Source: Isosphaeraceae bacterium
Lineage (GTDB): Bacteria > Planctomycetota > Planctomycetia > Isosphaerales > Isosphaeraceae
Direction of reading: 5' to 3'
Length of the DNA stretch: 64,000 bases
Assembly: GCA_965201075.1 (NCBI GenBank)
Contig: CBDAVP010000011.1
Coordinates: 124,001-188,000, forward strand
Part shown: positions 40,909 to 55,050 of the stretch, one piece after another
Layout: each line of letters opens with the position of its first letter
Numbering within the stretch: the stretch's first letter is position 1
Program-made: the position numbers and the translations under genes
Notes under the pieces: generated by a model
The model's input: the letters and a program-made list of their open reading frames with translations, nothing else
Databases searched by the model: none
What the model was told of the DNA's origin: nothing

Positions 40909-42080
40909 CGACGATCCTCGGTGCCGCCGTTATCGCATGAGAGGCGGTGGGCGACGGCCAGGGCGATTCGCTCGGCGGCTTGGCCGTCGCCGAACGGGTT
41001 GACGACTCGGGCGAGCCGGTCGTAGGCCGCTGGGTCGGAGAGCAGGACTTCAACCGCGTCGACGATCGCCGTGCGGTCGGTCCCGACCAGCCTCGCGGCG
41101 CCGGCGTCGACCGCCTCGGGGCGTTCGGTCGCGTCGCGGAGGACCAGCACCGGGCGTCCCAGGGAGGGGGCCTCCTCCTGCACGCCGCCGGAGTCGGTGA
41201 GGATCAGGTACGACGCTTTCATGAGCGCCACGAACTCCGGATAGCCAACCGGTTCGATCAGGCGGATACGCGACCGCTCTCGACCGCTCAGGCCGCGGTC
41301 GATCGACTCTCGGACCGCGGGATTGGGGTGGACCGGCCAGACGACGCCGAGTTCCGGGTGACGCTCGGTGAGGTCGGCCACCGCCGAGGCGATCGACGAC
41401 AGTGGCGCGCCCAGGTTTTCTCGACGGTGGGCCGTGACCAGGAGGAACCGGGGCGCTGGCGGCTCGACGGGGAGGGAAGGGATTCGGCCGGCGATCCAGC
41501 GCAGGGCGTCGATTCCCGGATTTCCGGTAACGAGGATCGCCGCGGGAGCCACGCCTTCCCTCAAGAGGTTGCGGCGAGCGGTGGCGGTGGGGGCGAAGTG
41601 GAGGTCGGCAAGCTGGCCGGTCAACACCCGATTGGTCTCTTCCGGAAACGGGTTCGCCTGGCCAGTGCGGAGGCCCGCCTCGACGTGGCCGAAGCGGATT
41701 CCGGCGTAACGGCAGGCCAGGGCCGTGCAAAAGACCGTGGTGGTGTCGCCCTGAGCCAGGACGTAGTCGGGCCGCTCGTGGCGAAACGCCTCGGACAGTC
41801 CCACCAGCACCCGGGCGGTCAATTCGGGTAAGTCCTGGCCCGGTCTCATCAGGGCCAGGTCGAGGTCGGGCGTCAGGTCGAAGTCATGCAACGCCTGGTC
41901 GAGCAGTCCCCGATGCTGGCCCGTGGCCACGACCCTGGCTGAGAGGTTGAGGTCGCCCCGTCGCAAACGGGCGATGACCGGGGCCATCTTGACGACCTCG
42001 GGCCGGGTCCCCATCACGCACGCCACCTGGCGGCCCATCAGCGGTGGCCTCCGCCAAACGGGACCGGGGTCCTGGGGCAT
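40905..42080 (-). CDS. wecB: UDP-N-acetylglucosamine 2-epimerase (non-hydrolysing)
   Basis: GTRPEVVK, TGQHR, QGDTTT, HVEAGLRT, TAHRREN, TDSGGVQEEA and NPFGDG motifs. The start could be slightly downstream (MGRQ). Confidence 0.95.
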   Translation of the reverse strand: MPQDPGPVWRRPPLMGRQVACVMGTRPEVVKMAPVIARLRRGDLNLSARVVATGQHRGLLDQALHDFDLTPDLDLALMRPGQDLPELTARVLVGLSEAFRHERPDYVLAQGDTTTVFCTALACRYAGIRFGHVEAGLRTGQANPFPEETNRVLTGQLADLHFAPTATARRNLLREGVAPAAILVTGNPGIDALRWIAGRIPSLPVEPPAPRFLLVTAHRRENLGAPLSSIASAVADLTERHPELGVVWPVHPNPAVRESIDRGLSGRERSRIRLIEPVGYPEFVALMKASYLILTDSGGVQEEAPSLGRPVLVLRDATERPEAVDAGAARLVGTDRTAIVDAVEVLLSDPAAYDRLARVVNPFGDGQAAERIALAVAHRLSCDNGGTEDRR

Positions 42081-42224
42081 CGCATTTCAGCGTCCCACGG
42101 CGACGAGGACCACCCCGATCGGCGGCTTCGCGGCTCGGGATGAGGTGGGGCGAGAGGGTTGCCAGGTCATCGCCCGATCGTACCGGCTCGGGCCAGTCCT
42201 GTCGACGTTGGGAGCGATTCCGCC

Positions 42225-42422
42225 CAGGGCCGTTTGGTTCTCACTTTAGGTGGACCAAAGGGGACTGGCTCTGGCGGTACTCCGCGGATGCTTGTCCCCC
42301 TTTCGCCGCCTGATGTCCCTCCCACGCCGCCCACCGGGCCCCGGATTGGGGGACAGACACCCGCGGAGTACCACCGGAGCCATTCCCCGATTGCAAGGTC
42401 AATGGAGAAATCAACGGCACTG
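42225..42422 (-). mobile_element. MITE copy 4 (198 bp)
   Basis: CAGGGCC...GGCACTG; flanks CGATTCCGCC / CGTTTCCGCA (8/10). Confidence 0.85.
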
Positions 42423-42480
42423 CGTTTCCGCACCATTCCGCCCCCGCGTCGGACGTTGTTCGGAAAATCCGAAGTCGGCC

Positions 42481-42528
42481 TTGACGAACATCCGATAGTC
42501 CATACAGTTGATTGAAACAACCGTTTCA
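42481..42528 (+). promoter_or_regulatory. Promoter plus palindromic operator for the TetR operon
   Basis: TTGACG-16 bp-TACAGT followed by TGAAAC-AACC-GTTTCA (42513-42528). Confidence 0.65.
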
Positions 42529-42544
42529 GTTCAAGGATTTCCCG

Positions 42545-43222
42545 ATGTCTGGCGGATCGAGTGCGATGGATGAGACGAAGGACAGGCTGCTGGAGGCGGC
42601 GGGAGAGGAGTTCGCGCGGGTTGGGTACGAGGGGGCGACAGTTCGAGGGATTTTGAACCGGGCTGGGGTGCGCAACATCGCGGCGATCAACTATTACTTT
42701 GGCGACAAGGAGCAGCTTTACACCCAGGCGGTGATTCAGGCTCATCGCTGCGGGTATCGGACACCCGAGGAGGACTGGACCGCCGATGGGGAGCCGGCGG
42801 AACGCTTGCGGCGGGGCATTCGGAATTTCCTGACGAATGTCCTGGCGATCGGGCGGGAGCCAAGCTGGCACGACGACCTGATGCTGAGGGAGATGAGCCG
42901 ACCGACCGAGGCGTCGGCGATCCTGGTTCGGGAGTCGATTCGCCCGCGATTCCAGAGAATGGAGGCGGTGCTGTCGGAAATTTGCCCCGAGGCCGACGAG
43001 CGACGGATTCACGTCCTGGCCTTCAGCATTGTGGGCCAGTGCTTGCATTACCGATTCGCCCGCAAGGTTTCGGAGAAGCTTATCGGCGTCGAGGAGTACG
43101 CGGCGCTGGACCTGGATTACCTGGCCGACCACATCGCGGGGATGACTCTCGCGGCGCTGGGCCTGACCCCCCCCCTGGGGCCCGACGGGGTGCCCAGCGA
43201 CCCATCGGGAGTGGTGCGATGA
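42545..43222 (+). CDS. TetR family regulator (CecR/YbiH-like C-terminal domain)
   Basis: LLEAAGEEFARVGYEGATVR...AAINYYFGDKEQLY HTH; FSIVGQC in the C-terminal part. Confidence 0.9.
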   Translation: MSGGSSAMDETKDRLLEAAGEEFARVGYEGATVRGILNRAGVRNIAAINYYFGDKEQLYTQAVIQAHRCGYRTPEEDWTADGEPAERLRRGIRNFLTNVLAIGREPSWHDDLMLREMSRPTEASAILVRESIRPRFQRMEAVLSEICPEADERRIHVLAFSIVGQCLHYRFARKVSEKLIGVEEYAALDLDYLADHIAGMTLAALGLTPPLGPDGVPSDPSGVVR

Positions 43223-44529
43223 GCTGGATTGCCTTGAAGATGCTGGTCGGTGACCGGGCGAAGTTCTTCGGGATCGTCCTGGGGCTGACCTTCGCCGCGC
43301 TGTTGATCGACCAGCAAGGGTCGATTTTCTGCGGCTTGATGTGCCGCACCGCGGGCCAGATTTACGACATCACTGGCGCTGACCTTTGGGTGATGGACCG
43401 CAACGTCCGGTTCATTGACGACGTCAAGCCGATGATCGAGAACAACCTTTATCGGATTCGCGGCGTCGAGGGGGTCTTGTGGGCCGTTCCGCTCTACAAG
43501 GGGAACGCCCGGGCGAAGCTCAATTCCGTCGGAACCGATGGCAAGGTCCATCAGGTCATCGAGCAGGTGATCTTGCTGGGCCTGGACGATGCGTCGATGG
43601 TCGGGGCTCCGCCGCCTTCAAGGATGCTGGCCGGCGACCTGCGCGACCTGCGTAGGCCCGACGCGGTGGTCGTCGACTTCACTCGCCTGGCGAAACTCTA
43701 CCCGGGGGAATCGTGGGAGGGTCTGCCCAAACCGGCGGGCAAGGGCCCCAAACTCAAAGCCCTGGGGCGGTCGATCCTGGCCGGGGTCGGTCTGGCCCGG
43801 CCGGGGGCCTTCGCGGAGCTGAGCGAGGAGTTCCAGGCGGCGAATCGGGCGTTTTACTCGCGGTTCCTGGGCCGGGAACTGGAGATGAATGACCATCGGG
43901 CGATCATTGTCGGCGTTTGCGAAGCGAGCCGGACGTTTCAGTCGAACGCCGTCGCCTACACGACCTATTCCCGGGCCAAGTTGTTTGTTCCCCGAGAGCG
44001 CAAGATCCTCTCCTACGTGCTGGCCAAGGCCGAGCCGGGGGTGGACCCCTTGGCCGTCGCCAAGCGGATCGCCACGCAGACGAACCTGCGGGCTCGCACC
44101 AGCGCTGAGTTCGCTGATGACACGATCGACTACTTTCTCCGGTACACGGGCATCCCGATCAACTTCGGCATCACGGCGTTTCTGGGGTTCATCATCGGGA
44201 CGGCGATCGCGGGGCAGACCTTCTACAACTTCACTCTCGACAACATCAAGCAGTTTGGGGCCCTGAAGGCGATGGGGGCGACCAACAGCCGGATCGTGGG
44301 GATGATCTTGCTCCAGGCGACCCTGGTGGGCCTGCTCGGCTACGGAATGGGGATTGGTCTGGCGGCGTTCTTCGGGATCGCCAGCGCTGGCGGGGAACTG
44401 GCGTTTTACACGCCCTGGCAATTGCTGCCGATCACCGGCGGGGCGATTTTGCTGATCACCATCCTGTCGAGCATCCTCAGCGTCCGCCGGGTGATGGTGC
44501 TGGAACCGGCCGTGGTCTTTCGCGGTTGA
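43219..44529 (+). CDS. ABC transporter permease (FtsX/MacB/DevC-like)
   Basis: MSWIALKML, GADLWV, FGALKAMGATN and EPAVVFRG motifs; ATGA overlap with tetR. Confidence 0.92.
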   Translation: MSWIALKMLVGDRAKFFGIVLGLTFAALLIDQQGSIFCGLMCRTAGQIYDITGADLWVMDRNVRFIDDVKPMIENNLYRIRGVEGVLWAVPLYKGNARAKLNSVGTDGKVHQVIEQVILLGLDDASMVGAPPPSRMLAGDLRDLRRPDAVVVDFTRLAKLYPGESWEGLPKPAGKGPKLKALGRSILAGVGLARPGAFAELSEEFQAANRAFYSRFLGRELEMNDHRAIIVGVCEASRTFQSNAVAYTTYSRAKLFVPRERKILSYVLAKAEPGVDPLAVAKRIATQTNLRARTSAEFADDTIDYFLRYTGIPINFGITAFLGFIIGTAIAGQTFYNFTLDNIKQFGALKAMGATNSRIVGMILLQATLVGLLGYGMGIGLAAFFGIASAGGELAFYTPWQLLPITGGAILLITILSSILSVRRVMVLEPAVVFRG

Positions 44530-44576
44530 CCTCTCGACCGATCGACCCAGGGGGCAGGGGCCTCAAGGAGCCTTCG

Positions 44577-45377
44577 ATGACGACCGCGTTGAGACAACGG
44601 ACCCGATCCAGCGTCGCCGAAGCAGCCGTCACCACCGTTGCCGTCGCCGGCGCGTTGTTGCCGGCGGGCTCGGACGTGGCGGTGAAGGTCCGCGGCGTGA
44701 CCAAGTATTTCGGCACCGGCGAGCGCCGGGTGGCGGCGTTGCGGGGGGTCGACTGGGACGTGGCCAAGGGGGAGATGTCGATGATTGTTGGCCCTTCCGG
44801 CTGCGGCAAGACGACCTTGCTGTCGGTGGTGGCGGGCATCCTCGACTGCGACGGCGGAGGGGTGAACATCTTTGGCCACGAGGTTTCGGCCCTCTCCGAC
44901 CGCAAGAAGACCCGGTTTCGGGCTGGCCACATCGGGTTCGTCTTCCAGCAATACAATTTGCTGCCGGCGCTGACGGCGGCGGAGAACGCGGCGATTCCCC
45001 TGGTGATCGCCGGCTGGAGCAAGGCTCGGGCCGTCGCTCGGGCTCGCGAGGTGCTTTCGTCCATCGGCATGGAGAAGAAGACCGAGAGCCTGCCGTCGCA
45101 ACTCTCCGGTGGGCAACAGCAGCGGGTGGCGATCAGTCGAGCCCTGGTCCACGAGCCCAAGCTGCTGGTCTGCGACGAGCCGACCGCCGCCCTGGATCAT
45201 GAAACCGGCCTGACGGTGATGGAACTCTTGCGAGAGGCGGCCGTCCGGCCCGACCGCGCTGTGATCGTGGTGACCCACGACAATCGCGTCTTTCACTTCG
45301 GGGATCGGATCGCTCACATGGACGACGGCCGCATCGTCCAGGTTGAGAGCAAGGCTTCGACCACGCACGCGGCCTGA
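44577..45377 (+). CDS. ABC transporter ATP-binding protein (LolD/MacB-like)
   Basis: GPSGCGKT, LSGGQQQRV, CDEPTAALD and VTHD motifs. Confidence 0.96.
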   Translation: MTTALRQRTRSSVAEAAVTTVAVAGALLPAGSDVAVKVRGVTKYFGTGERRVAALRGVDWDVAKGEMSMIVGPSGCGKTTLLSVVAGILDCDGGGVNIFGHEVSALSDRKKTRFRAGHIGFVFQQYNLLPALTAAENAAIPLVIAGWSKARAVARAREVLSSIGMEKKTESLPSQLSGGQQQRVAISRALVHEPKLLVCDEPTAALDHETGLTVMELLREAAVRPDRAVIVVTHDNRVFHFGDRIAHMDDGRIVQVESKASTTHAA

Positions 45378-45421
45378 ACGGCGGCATTCTTTCTTTTCCC
45401 ATACACATAAGCGAGTCTCCC

Positions 45422-46576
45422 GTGATCGTCAAATACGTCCTGCCGTTGGTGGCCGTGGCGGGTCTGGGCCTGGGGGTTTACTCGGTGGTGCTGGCCCGCC
45501 AGCCGCTTCCGGCGTCGAAACCGCTGGTCGAGCCGCCGACCCGTCCCAAGGAATTTCGCGCCATCGCGGGCGCGGGGTTGATCGAGGCCCGGATGGAAAA
45601 CATCCCGATCGGCTCGCCGGTGCCGGGGGTGGTCTGGGAGGTCTATGTCAAGATTCACCAGAAGGTCCGCAAGGGCGAACCTTTGTTCCGGATCGACGAC
45701 CGCTCGTTGATGGCCGAGTTGAAGGTACGCGAGGCGAACCTGGAATCGGCCCGCGCCTCGTTGGCGCGATTGGAAGCCGCACCCACGTCTCAGGACATCC
45801 CCACGGCCGAGGCGGCGGTGGCCGAGGCCGACGCCAGGATGAACGATGCCGAGATCAATGTGGGACGGACCTCGCTGTTGCTTCAAAAGCAGGCTGGGAC
45901 CAAGAGCGACTACGACCGCGACCACTACGCTTACCTCGCCGCCAAGGCTTCGCACGCTCGGGCCAAGGCCGACCTCAACCGGATCAAGCTGACCTGGGAC
46001 GCCGACAAGCGGGTCTCCAAGGCGGCGGTCGACCAGGCCAAGGCTCAGGTAGAGAACACCAAGATCGAGATCGACCGCCTGACCGTCCGCGCCCTGGCCG
46101 ATGGCGAGATTCTCCAGGTCCACGTTCGCCCGGGCCAACTCGCCGTGGCCGTGTGGAATGAGCCGTTGATCGTCCTGGGAGACGTCCAGCGCCTTCACGT
46201 CCGCGTCGACATTGACGAGCAGGATCTTCCCTTCTTCGCCGTCGGGGCGAAGGGGATCGCCACCCTCAAGGGGATGTCGCAGGTTCAGTTCCCGCTGGAG
46301 TACGTCAAGGTCGAGCCCTACGTCATCCCCAAGAAATCCTTGACCGGCGACAACAGCGAGCGGGTCGACACCCGGGTCCTCCAGGCGATTTACGCCTTAC
46401 CCGACGATCGCCCGGTGCCGGTCTTCGTCGGCCAGCAAATGGACGTTTACCTCAAGGCGGCCAAGCTGCCCGAAGGGGTTGTCCTGGGCTACGACCCCAA
46501 AGCCCGCAAGCCGTTTGACGAAGCGCCCACGCCCGTCGTCGCGGAACGGACCGTGGCGGCTCCTCCGGCCCGCTGA
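45422..46576 (+). CDS. HlyD-family membrane fusion / periplasmic adaptor protein
   Basis: N-terminal TM, lipoyl halves flanking a coiled-coil hairpin, and SLTGDNSERVDTRVLQ. Confidence 0.92.
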   Translation: MIVKYVLPLVAVAGLGLGVYSVVLARQPLPASKPLVEPPTRPKEFRAIAGAGLIEARMENIPIGSPVPGVVWEVYVKIHQKVRKGEPLFRIDDRSLMAELKVREANLESARASLARLEAAPTSQDIPTAEAAVAEADARMNDAEINVGRTSLLLQKQAGTKSDYDRDHYAYLAAKASHARAKADLNRIKLTWDADKRVSKAAVDQAKAQVENTKIEIDRLTVRALADGEILQVHVRPGQLAVAVWNEPLIVLGDVQRLHVRVDIDEQDLPFFAVGAKGIATLKGMSQVQFPLEYVKVEPYVIPKKSLTGDNSERVDTRVLQAIYALPDDRPVPVFVGQQMDVYLKAAKLPEGVVLGYDPKARKPFDEAPTPVVAERTVAAPPAR

Positions 46577-46601
46577 ACCCTCCGAGAGAGAGGCACGCAT
46601 T

Positions 46602-47245
46602 CAAGGACTTTCTCGTTCTCCGTTTGGGCGGACCAATGGGGACTGAGGACTGGCTCTAGTGGTATTTCGCCGGTGCCTTTCTCACGCCGCCCACCGATCC
46701 CCGGAATGGGGGACAGCGGTTCTCCGCCGGCGCCTCTCCCTTGCCGCCCACCGACCCCGGAATGGGGGAACAGGCACCGCCGGAGTACCGCCGGAGCCAG
46801 TCCCCGATTGCAAGGCCAATGGAGAAATCCACGGCCCCGGGCACTTGATGTCCCTGCCAGGCCGCCCACCGAGCCCCGGAATGGGGGACAGCGGTTCTCC
46901 GCCGGCGCCTCTCCCTTGCCACCCACCGACCCCGGAATGGGGGAACAGGCACCCGCGGAGTACCGCTGGAGCCAGTCCCCGATTGCAAGGCCAATGGAGA
47001 AATCCACGACCCCGGGCACTTGATGTCCCTGCCAGGCCGCCCACCGAGCCCCGGAATGGGGGACAGCGGTTCTCCGCCGGTGCCTCTCCCTTGCCGCCCA
47101 CCGACCCCGGAATGGGGGACAGCGGTTCTCCGCCGGTGCCTCTCCCTTGCCACCCACCGACCCCGGAATGGGGGAACAGGCACCCGCGGAGTACCGCTGG
47201 AGCCAGTCCCCGATTGCGAGGCCAATGGAGAAATCCACGGCCGTG
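46602..47245 (-). mobile_element. MITE copy 5, expanded into a 644-bp tandem array
   Basis: One degenerate end plus three copies of the other end (closing at 46839, 47014, 47245; periods 175 and 231 bp) and a 56-bp sub-repeat. Flanks GGCACGCATT / GGCATGAACT (7/10). Confidence 0.85.
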
Positions 47246-47292
47246 GGCATGAACTGAAGGAGGGTGGTGGCGAGGGGCGCGGGTCGGGTAAG

Positions 47293-48912
47293 ATGCCGGC
47301 CCGCTTCGAGACGCCGCCACCACGGAGGGAGCCGGCTGTGCCCCATTGCCCCGAGCCCGACGGAGCCGAACGGCTCTCGGCGTGGCTGCTGGCCGGTCCG
47401 TTGACGGCGATGGTCGTGGCCGCCGCGGTGGCCCAGTGGGCGTGCTGGGTTCCTCACTATCTGACTTGGCCCTGGTCGCCCGACCTCGACGTCTTCGCCA
47501 CGATGGCGAGAGGCTGGGATGCCGGCTTTCGGCCCTATCGAGACCTCCGGGGCAATAACTTTCCCGGCACGATCTACGCCCACTGGATCGTCGGCAAGCT
47601 CGCCGGCTGGGGCCGAACCGCTCCGTTCCTCGCACTGGACGGGGCGCTGGTCCTCGGGCTGGGTCTGTCGCTGGTGGGCTGGTCCCGTCGACGATTTGGC
47701 AAGGCCCTGCCCGGGGCCGTCGGGTTCTTGACGTTTCTGGGGTATTACCTGGCGCTGGATTACACCCAGACGGCCCAGCGAGACTGGCAAGGGCCGCTGG
47801 CCGCGACTCTGGCGGTTTTAGTCCTGGAAGCCCGCGTCGGGACGGCCGGTCACTTGGGGTCGGCCCTGCTGTTCGCCGCGGCCCTGGCGACCCGTCCGCA
47901 GACGATCCTGTTCCTGCCGGCGGCGGTCTCGGCGCTGGTGGAACCGGGGGCGGGCGGCCGGGTCGGTTCCCGCTAAACCGTCGCGGTGTGGGGCCTGGCC
48001 CTGGGGTCGTTCCTGGCCCTGGCGTTCGCGCCTTTGGCGATGATTGGCGTTCTCCCCAACTTCGTCGAGGGGGTGCGTACCACTCAATATGGCGGCGGGT
48101 ACAACCGGGTGGGGCTTGGGTCGATCGCCAAGCAGTTTTTCGAGGAGGTCGCCCCGGTCCAGATCGTGGCGGTCCCCGCGGCCATAGGCCTGCTGGCGGC
48201 GGGGACCTCGACGGTCAGTCGGCGATCAGCCCGCACCTGGGGCCTGGCGTTCCTGTCAGTTTTGCTCTATCGGCCGCTGAGCCCCCAGCCGCACGCCTAC
48301 CTGTCCCACCCCCTGCGCCTGGTCTGGTCGGTCGAAGTGGCCGTTCTGGCGCAGGTCGTGCTGGCCCGCCCGGGCTGGACCTCGCCCGCGAGGCTGGCGG
48401 CGGTATTCGTCCTGCTGGGGCTGGAAGGCTCGCTGCGGCCGCGGTTCAGCAACCCCAAGGCCAGTCTCGATGCCCTTCCGGTGCTGGCAAGAGGTCAGTT
48501 GCCCACCGACGTTCCGCCCGGATACGTCGTCAACCCGGCCGTCCACCTCTCCGCAAACTACGCCTGGGACGACTATCGGGCGACTCTGGACTACCTGCGG
48601 ACGCGGCTGCCCCCATCGACCCGCCTGGCCAACGTCCTGGTCGGGAACCCCGCGTTGACCGGGCCCAGCGGACGACTGTCGGCCCTGCCGGCCGAGTCGG
48701 TGGCCTGGGTCCGGATCGTCCGCCCCGCCGATTTCACGGCGTTTCGGCAAGCCCTGGAGGCGGCCGATGATGCGGCCATCGTCTGGTCGCCCGCCGAGGT
48801 CGACGCATTCCCCGATGGCCCCGCCGCCCGACTCTCCCCCGTGATCCGCCGGGATTATGAACCCGCCGCCCGTTTCGGGCCGATCGAGATCTGGAGACGG
48901 CGGACGCATTGA
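47293..48912 (+). pseudogene. Polytopic membrane protein (GT-C/ArnT-like glycosyltransferase guess) interrupted by an in-frame TAA
   Basis: ORFs ending at 47976 and starting at 47986 are in the same frame. DLDVF...PYRDL..NNFPG and QTAQRDW motifs; hydrophobic segments continue across the stop. Confidence 0.65.
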
Positions 48913-49455
48913 ACCGAGGAACTTTCGTCATTTCCCCGCGAGGCCGTCCGTGCCTCCTGGTTTTCGTTGCGGATTGCGGCTACGAGCCTCGTAAGCTGGG
49001 GGGCATGGCGAACCGGGGCGAAGAAATTGCCCGCTGGGGACTTGCGGGATTGGTGGCGTTTGTCGGGTTCGCGAAGGAGATTTCTTCGCGATCGCTGCTG
49101 GGGATGTTGCCCTTTGCGGCGAAGCGGAGGGGGTTGGGGTTGGGTGGCTTGGGGACTGGCTGCGTTGGCGCGCGTTCCGACCACGGTTCTGTACTTGTGG
49201 GGCGTCCACGGTTTAGGGCGATTCGACCGCCGTGCCGTGTTGATTTGGAACCTCGGCAATAATGCCTGGGTCGTGGGAGTTTGGGCCTGGCGGACCTTTG
49301 GCGGGCCGGGAGGCGAAATCGGTGCCGCGGGGCGTCCGTTGGGAACGGATCGGGATGGCGGGGTCGCTTGACGGATCACTGCCTCTTCATGTAAGCTGCG
49401 CGGTTCGATCGACTTAGAACGGATCGCGAGGCCCGGCGCGGGGCGAAGGACGGCC

Positions 49456-53073
<3,618 letters not shown>

Positions 53074-53348
53074 TCGCGACCTCGCCCTCGCCGCCGACAC
53101 GCCGATCCCCCGACGATCTCCTTTGGACTCATCTGGGGTCGGATCGGAGAGAAAGGTTTCGGCCCGAAGTGTTGATTGGGCCGAAACTTGTCGCAAGTAA
53201 TCGGCAACTCGCGTAGGTGGCGGCCCGCCCGGGACGGTCTCAATGACCCTGAATCGTCGCAATCTTGGGCATGAGCCTTGCTGATGAGAACGGCCCATGC
53301 CTGGGGCTTTGCCCCAGCGGTTGGTCACCCGGGAAAGGATTCCCCCGC

Positions 53349-54680
53349 ATGCCCTACCTGCTCAACGCCGTTTATCTTGCATTACTGACCGTTTTGAGCC
53401 CGATCCTGGCGTTCCGGTCCTGGAGGGATGGCAAGTACCGCGAGGGGTTCGGCGAAAAGGTGCTGGGCAAGGCTCCCCGACGGATTGGTTCGGCCTCGTG
53501 CATCTGGTTCCACGCGGTCAGTGTTGGCGAGGTTTTGCTTTTGAGGCCGATCGTGGCCGATCTGAAGCGGCGACGGCCGGGGTGGGATCTGGTCATCTCC
53601 ACGACCACCGTCACTGGCCTGGCGGTGGCCCGTCGCACCTTTCCCGACCTGGTCACGTTTTATGCCCCGCTGGACTTCAGCTGGTCGACCCGCCGGGCCG
53701 TTGAGCGAGTGCGGCCGACGGTGCTGGCCCTGGTGGAACTGGAGCTTTGGCCCAATCTGATCCGCTCGGCGAAGGGGGCGGGGGCCAGCGTGGCGATCGT
53801 CAATGGTCGCCTCAGCGCTCGGAGCCACCGGGGCTATCGTCGTCTGCGAGGGCCGTTGCGTTCGACGCTCCATCGGTTGGACTCGGTGGCCGCGCAGACC
53901 CAGGAGTACGCCGATCGTTTTGTTGACCTGGGCGTTCCCCGGCCCCGGGTACGCGTGACCGGTTCGGTGAAGTTCGACGGCCTGGCCCACGACCGCGACA
54001 ACCCCCGCACTCGGGCCTTGCGCAAGTCGCTGGGATTGGCGCCGACGGAGGTGGTTTTTGTCGCCGGCAGCACGATGGCCGGGGAAGAGGCCGCGGCGCT
54101 GGCCGCCTATCGGTCGGCTCGCCACGAGCATCCTGGCCTGCGGCTGGTGCTGGTCCCTCGCCACGCCGAGCGGTTTGAAGAGGTTGCCGGCTGGCTGATG
54201 AGGCAGGGCGAGGGGGTGGTGCGGCGGTCTCAGGCCAATCCGGGAGGGCCAAGGTTTCGCAGCGAGCCCCCCCCGGTGGTCCTGGTGGACACTCTGGGAG
54301 AGCTGGACGCGGCTTGGGGCCTGGCGGACGTGGCGTTCGTGGGCGGAAGCCTTTTCCCGGGCCGTGGCGGCCAGAACATGATCGAGCCGGCGGCCTATGG
54401 GGCGCCGGTTTTGTTTGGCCCCTATACCAGCAACTTCCGAGACACCGCCGAGCAGTTATTGTCCCGAGGGGCGGCCCGGCTCGTGGCCGATGTGTCGGGG
54501 CTGGTCTCGGCCCTGCGGGAAGACCTGGACGATCCGGAGGCCGCCAATGCCCGAGGAGCCTCGGCGCGGGCGTTCGTGCTGGCTCAGGACGGAGCTTCGG
54601 CCCGCACGCTGGCCGAATTGGACCGGCTGGCGGAGCCCGTCGAGGCGTCCCGGGCCGGCGGACTCAGTCGCGTGGCCTGA
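53349..54680 (+). CDS. waaA: 3-deoxy-D-manno-octulosonic acid (Kdo) transferase
   Basis: IWFHAVSVGE, YAPLD, ELELWPN, TGSVKFD, VPRHAERF and AFVGGSL..GGQNMIEPA motifs. Confidence 0.94.
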   Translation: MPYLLNAVYLALLTVLSPILAFRSWRDGKYREGFGEKVLGKAPRRIGSASCIWFHAVSVGEVLLLRPIVADLKRRRPGWDLVISTTTVTGLAVARRTFPDLVTFYAPLDFSWSTRRAVERVRPTVLALVELELWPNLIRSAKGAGASVAIVNGRLSARSHRGYRRLRGPLRSTLHRLDSVAAQTQEYADRFVDLGVPRPRVRVTGSVKFDGLAHDRDNPRTRALRKSLGLAPTEVVFVAGSTMAGEEAAALAAYRSARHEHPGLRLVLVPRHAERFEEVAGWLMRQGEGVVRRSQANPGGPRFRSEPPPVVLVDTLGELDAAWGLADVAFVGGSLFPGRGGQNMIEPAAYGAPVLFGPYTSNFRDTAEQLLSRGAARLVADVSGLVSALREDLDDPEAANARGASARAFVLAQDGASARTLAELDRLAEPVEASRAGGLSRVA

Positions 54681-54711
54681 TTGGGCCTTGCCTGAGCGGG
54701 CTCGGGTCCGA

Positions 54712-54909
54712 CAGGGCCGTTGATTTCTCCATTGGCCTTGTAATCGGGGACTGGCTCCGGCGGAGTACCGCAGGTCCCTGACTCCCATTCCGGGGCCCGG
54801 TAGGCGGCGGGGGAGGGACATCAGGCGGCGAAAGAGCGACAGGCACCGGCGGAGTACCCCCGGAGCCAGTCCCCTTTGGTCGACCCAAAGTGAGAACGAA
54901 ATGGCCCTG
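54712..54909 (+). mobile_element. MITE copy 6 (198 bp)
   Basis: CAGGGCC...GGCCCTG; flanks TCGGGTCCGA / CCGGGTCCGA (9/10). Confidence 0.9.
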
Positions 54910-55050
54910 CCGGGTCCGAAGTGCGGTCTTGATCCGCCGGCAAGGTTCGGGGAGACTAGCCAACTTCCCGGGCCCAGGGGCGCGAGGCGGCCGGGTCGTG
55001 CCGTTTCCCCCCTCGGCCTTTGCCCACGCCCACGCCAGGCGGAGGATGCG

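Noticed and set aside
46602..47245. CRISPR array
   Set aside because: The units are contiguous near-identical MITE fragments without unique spacers, and there are no cas genes.
46489..47790. Recurrent ORFs reading DFSIGLAIGDWLRRYSAGA or MASQSGTGSGGTP (also near 6.3, 37.5-38, 39.4, 42.2 and 54.7 kb)
   Set aside because: They are translations of the MITE; frames, starts and stops differ between copies.
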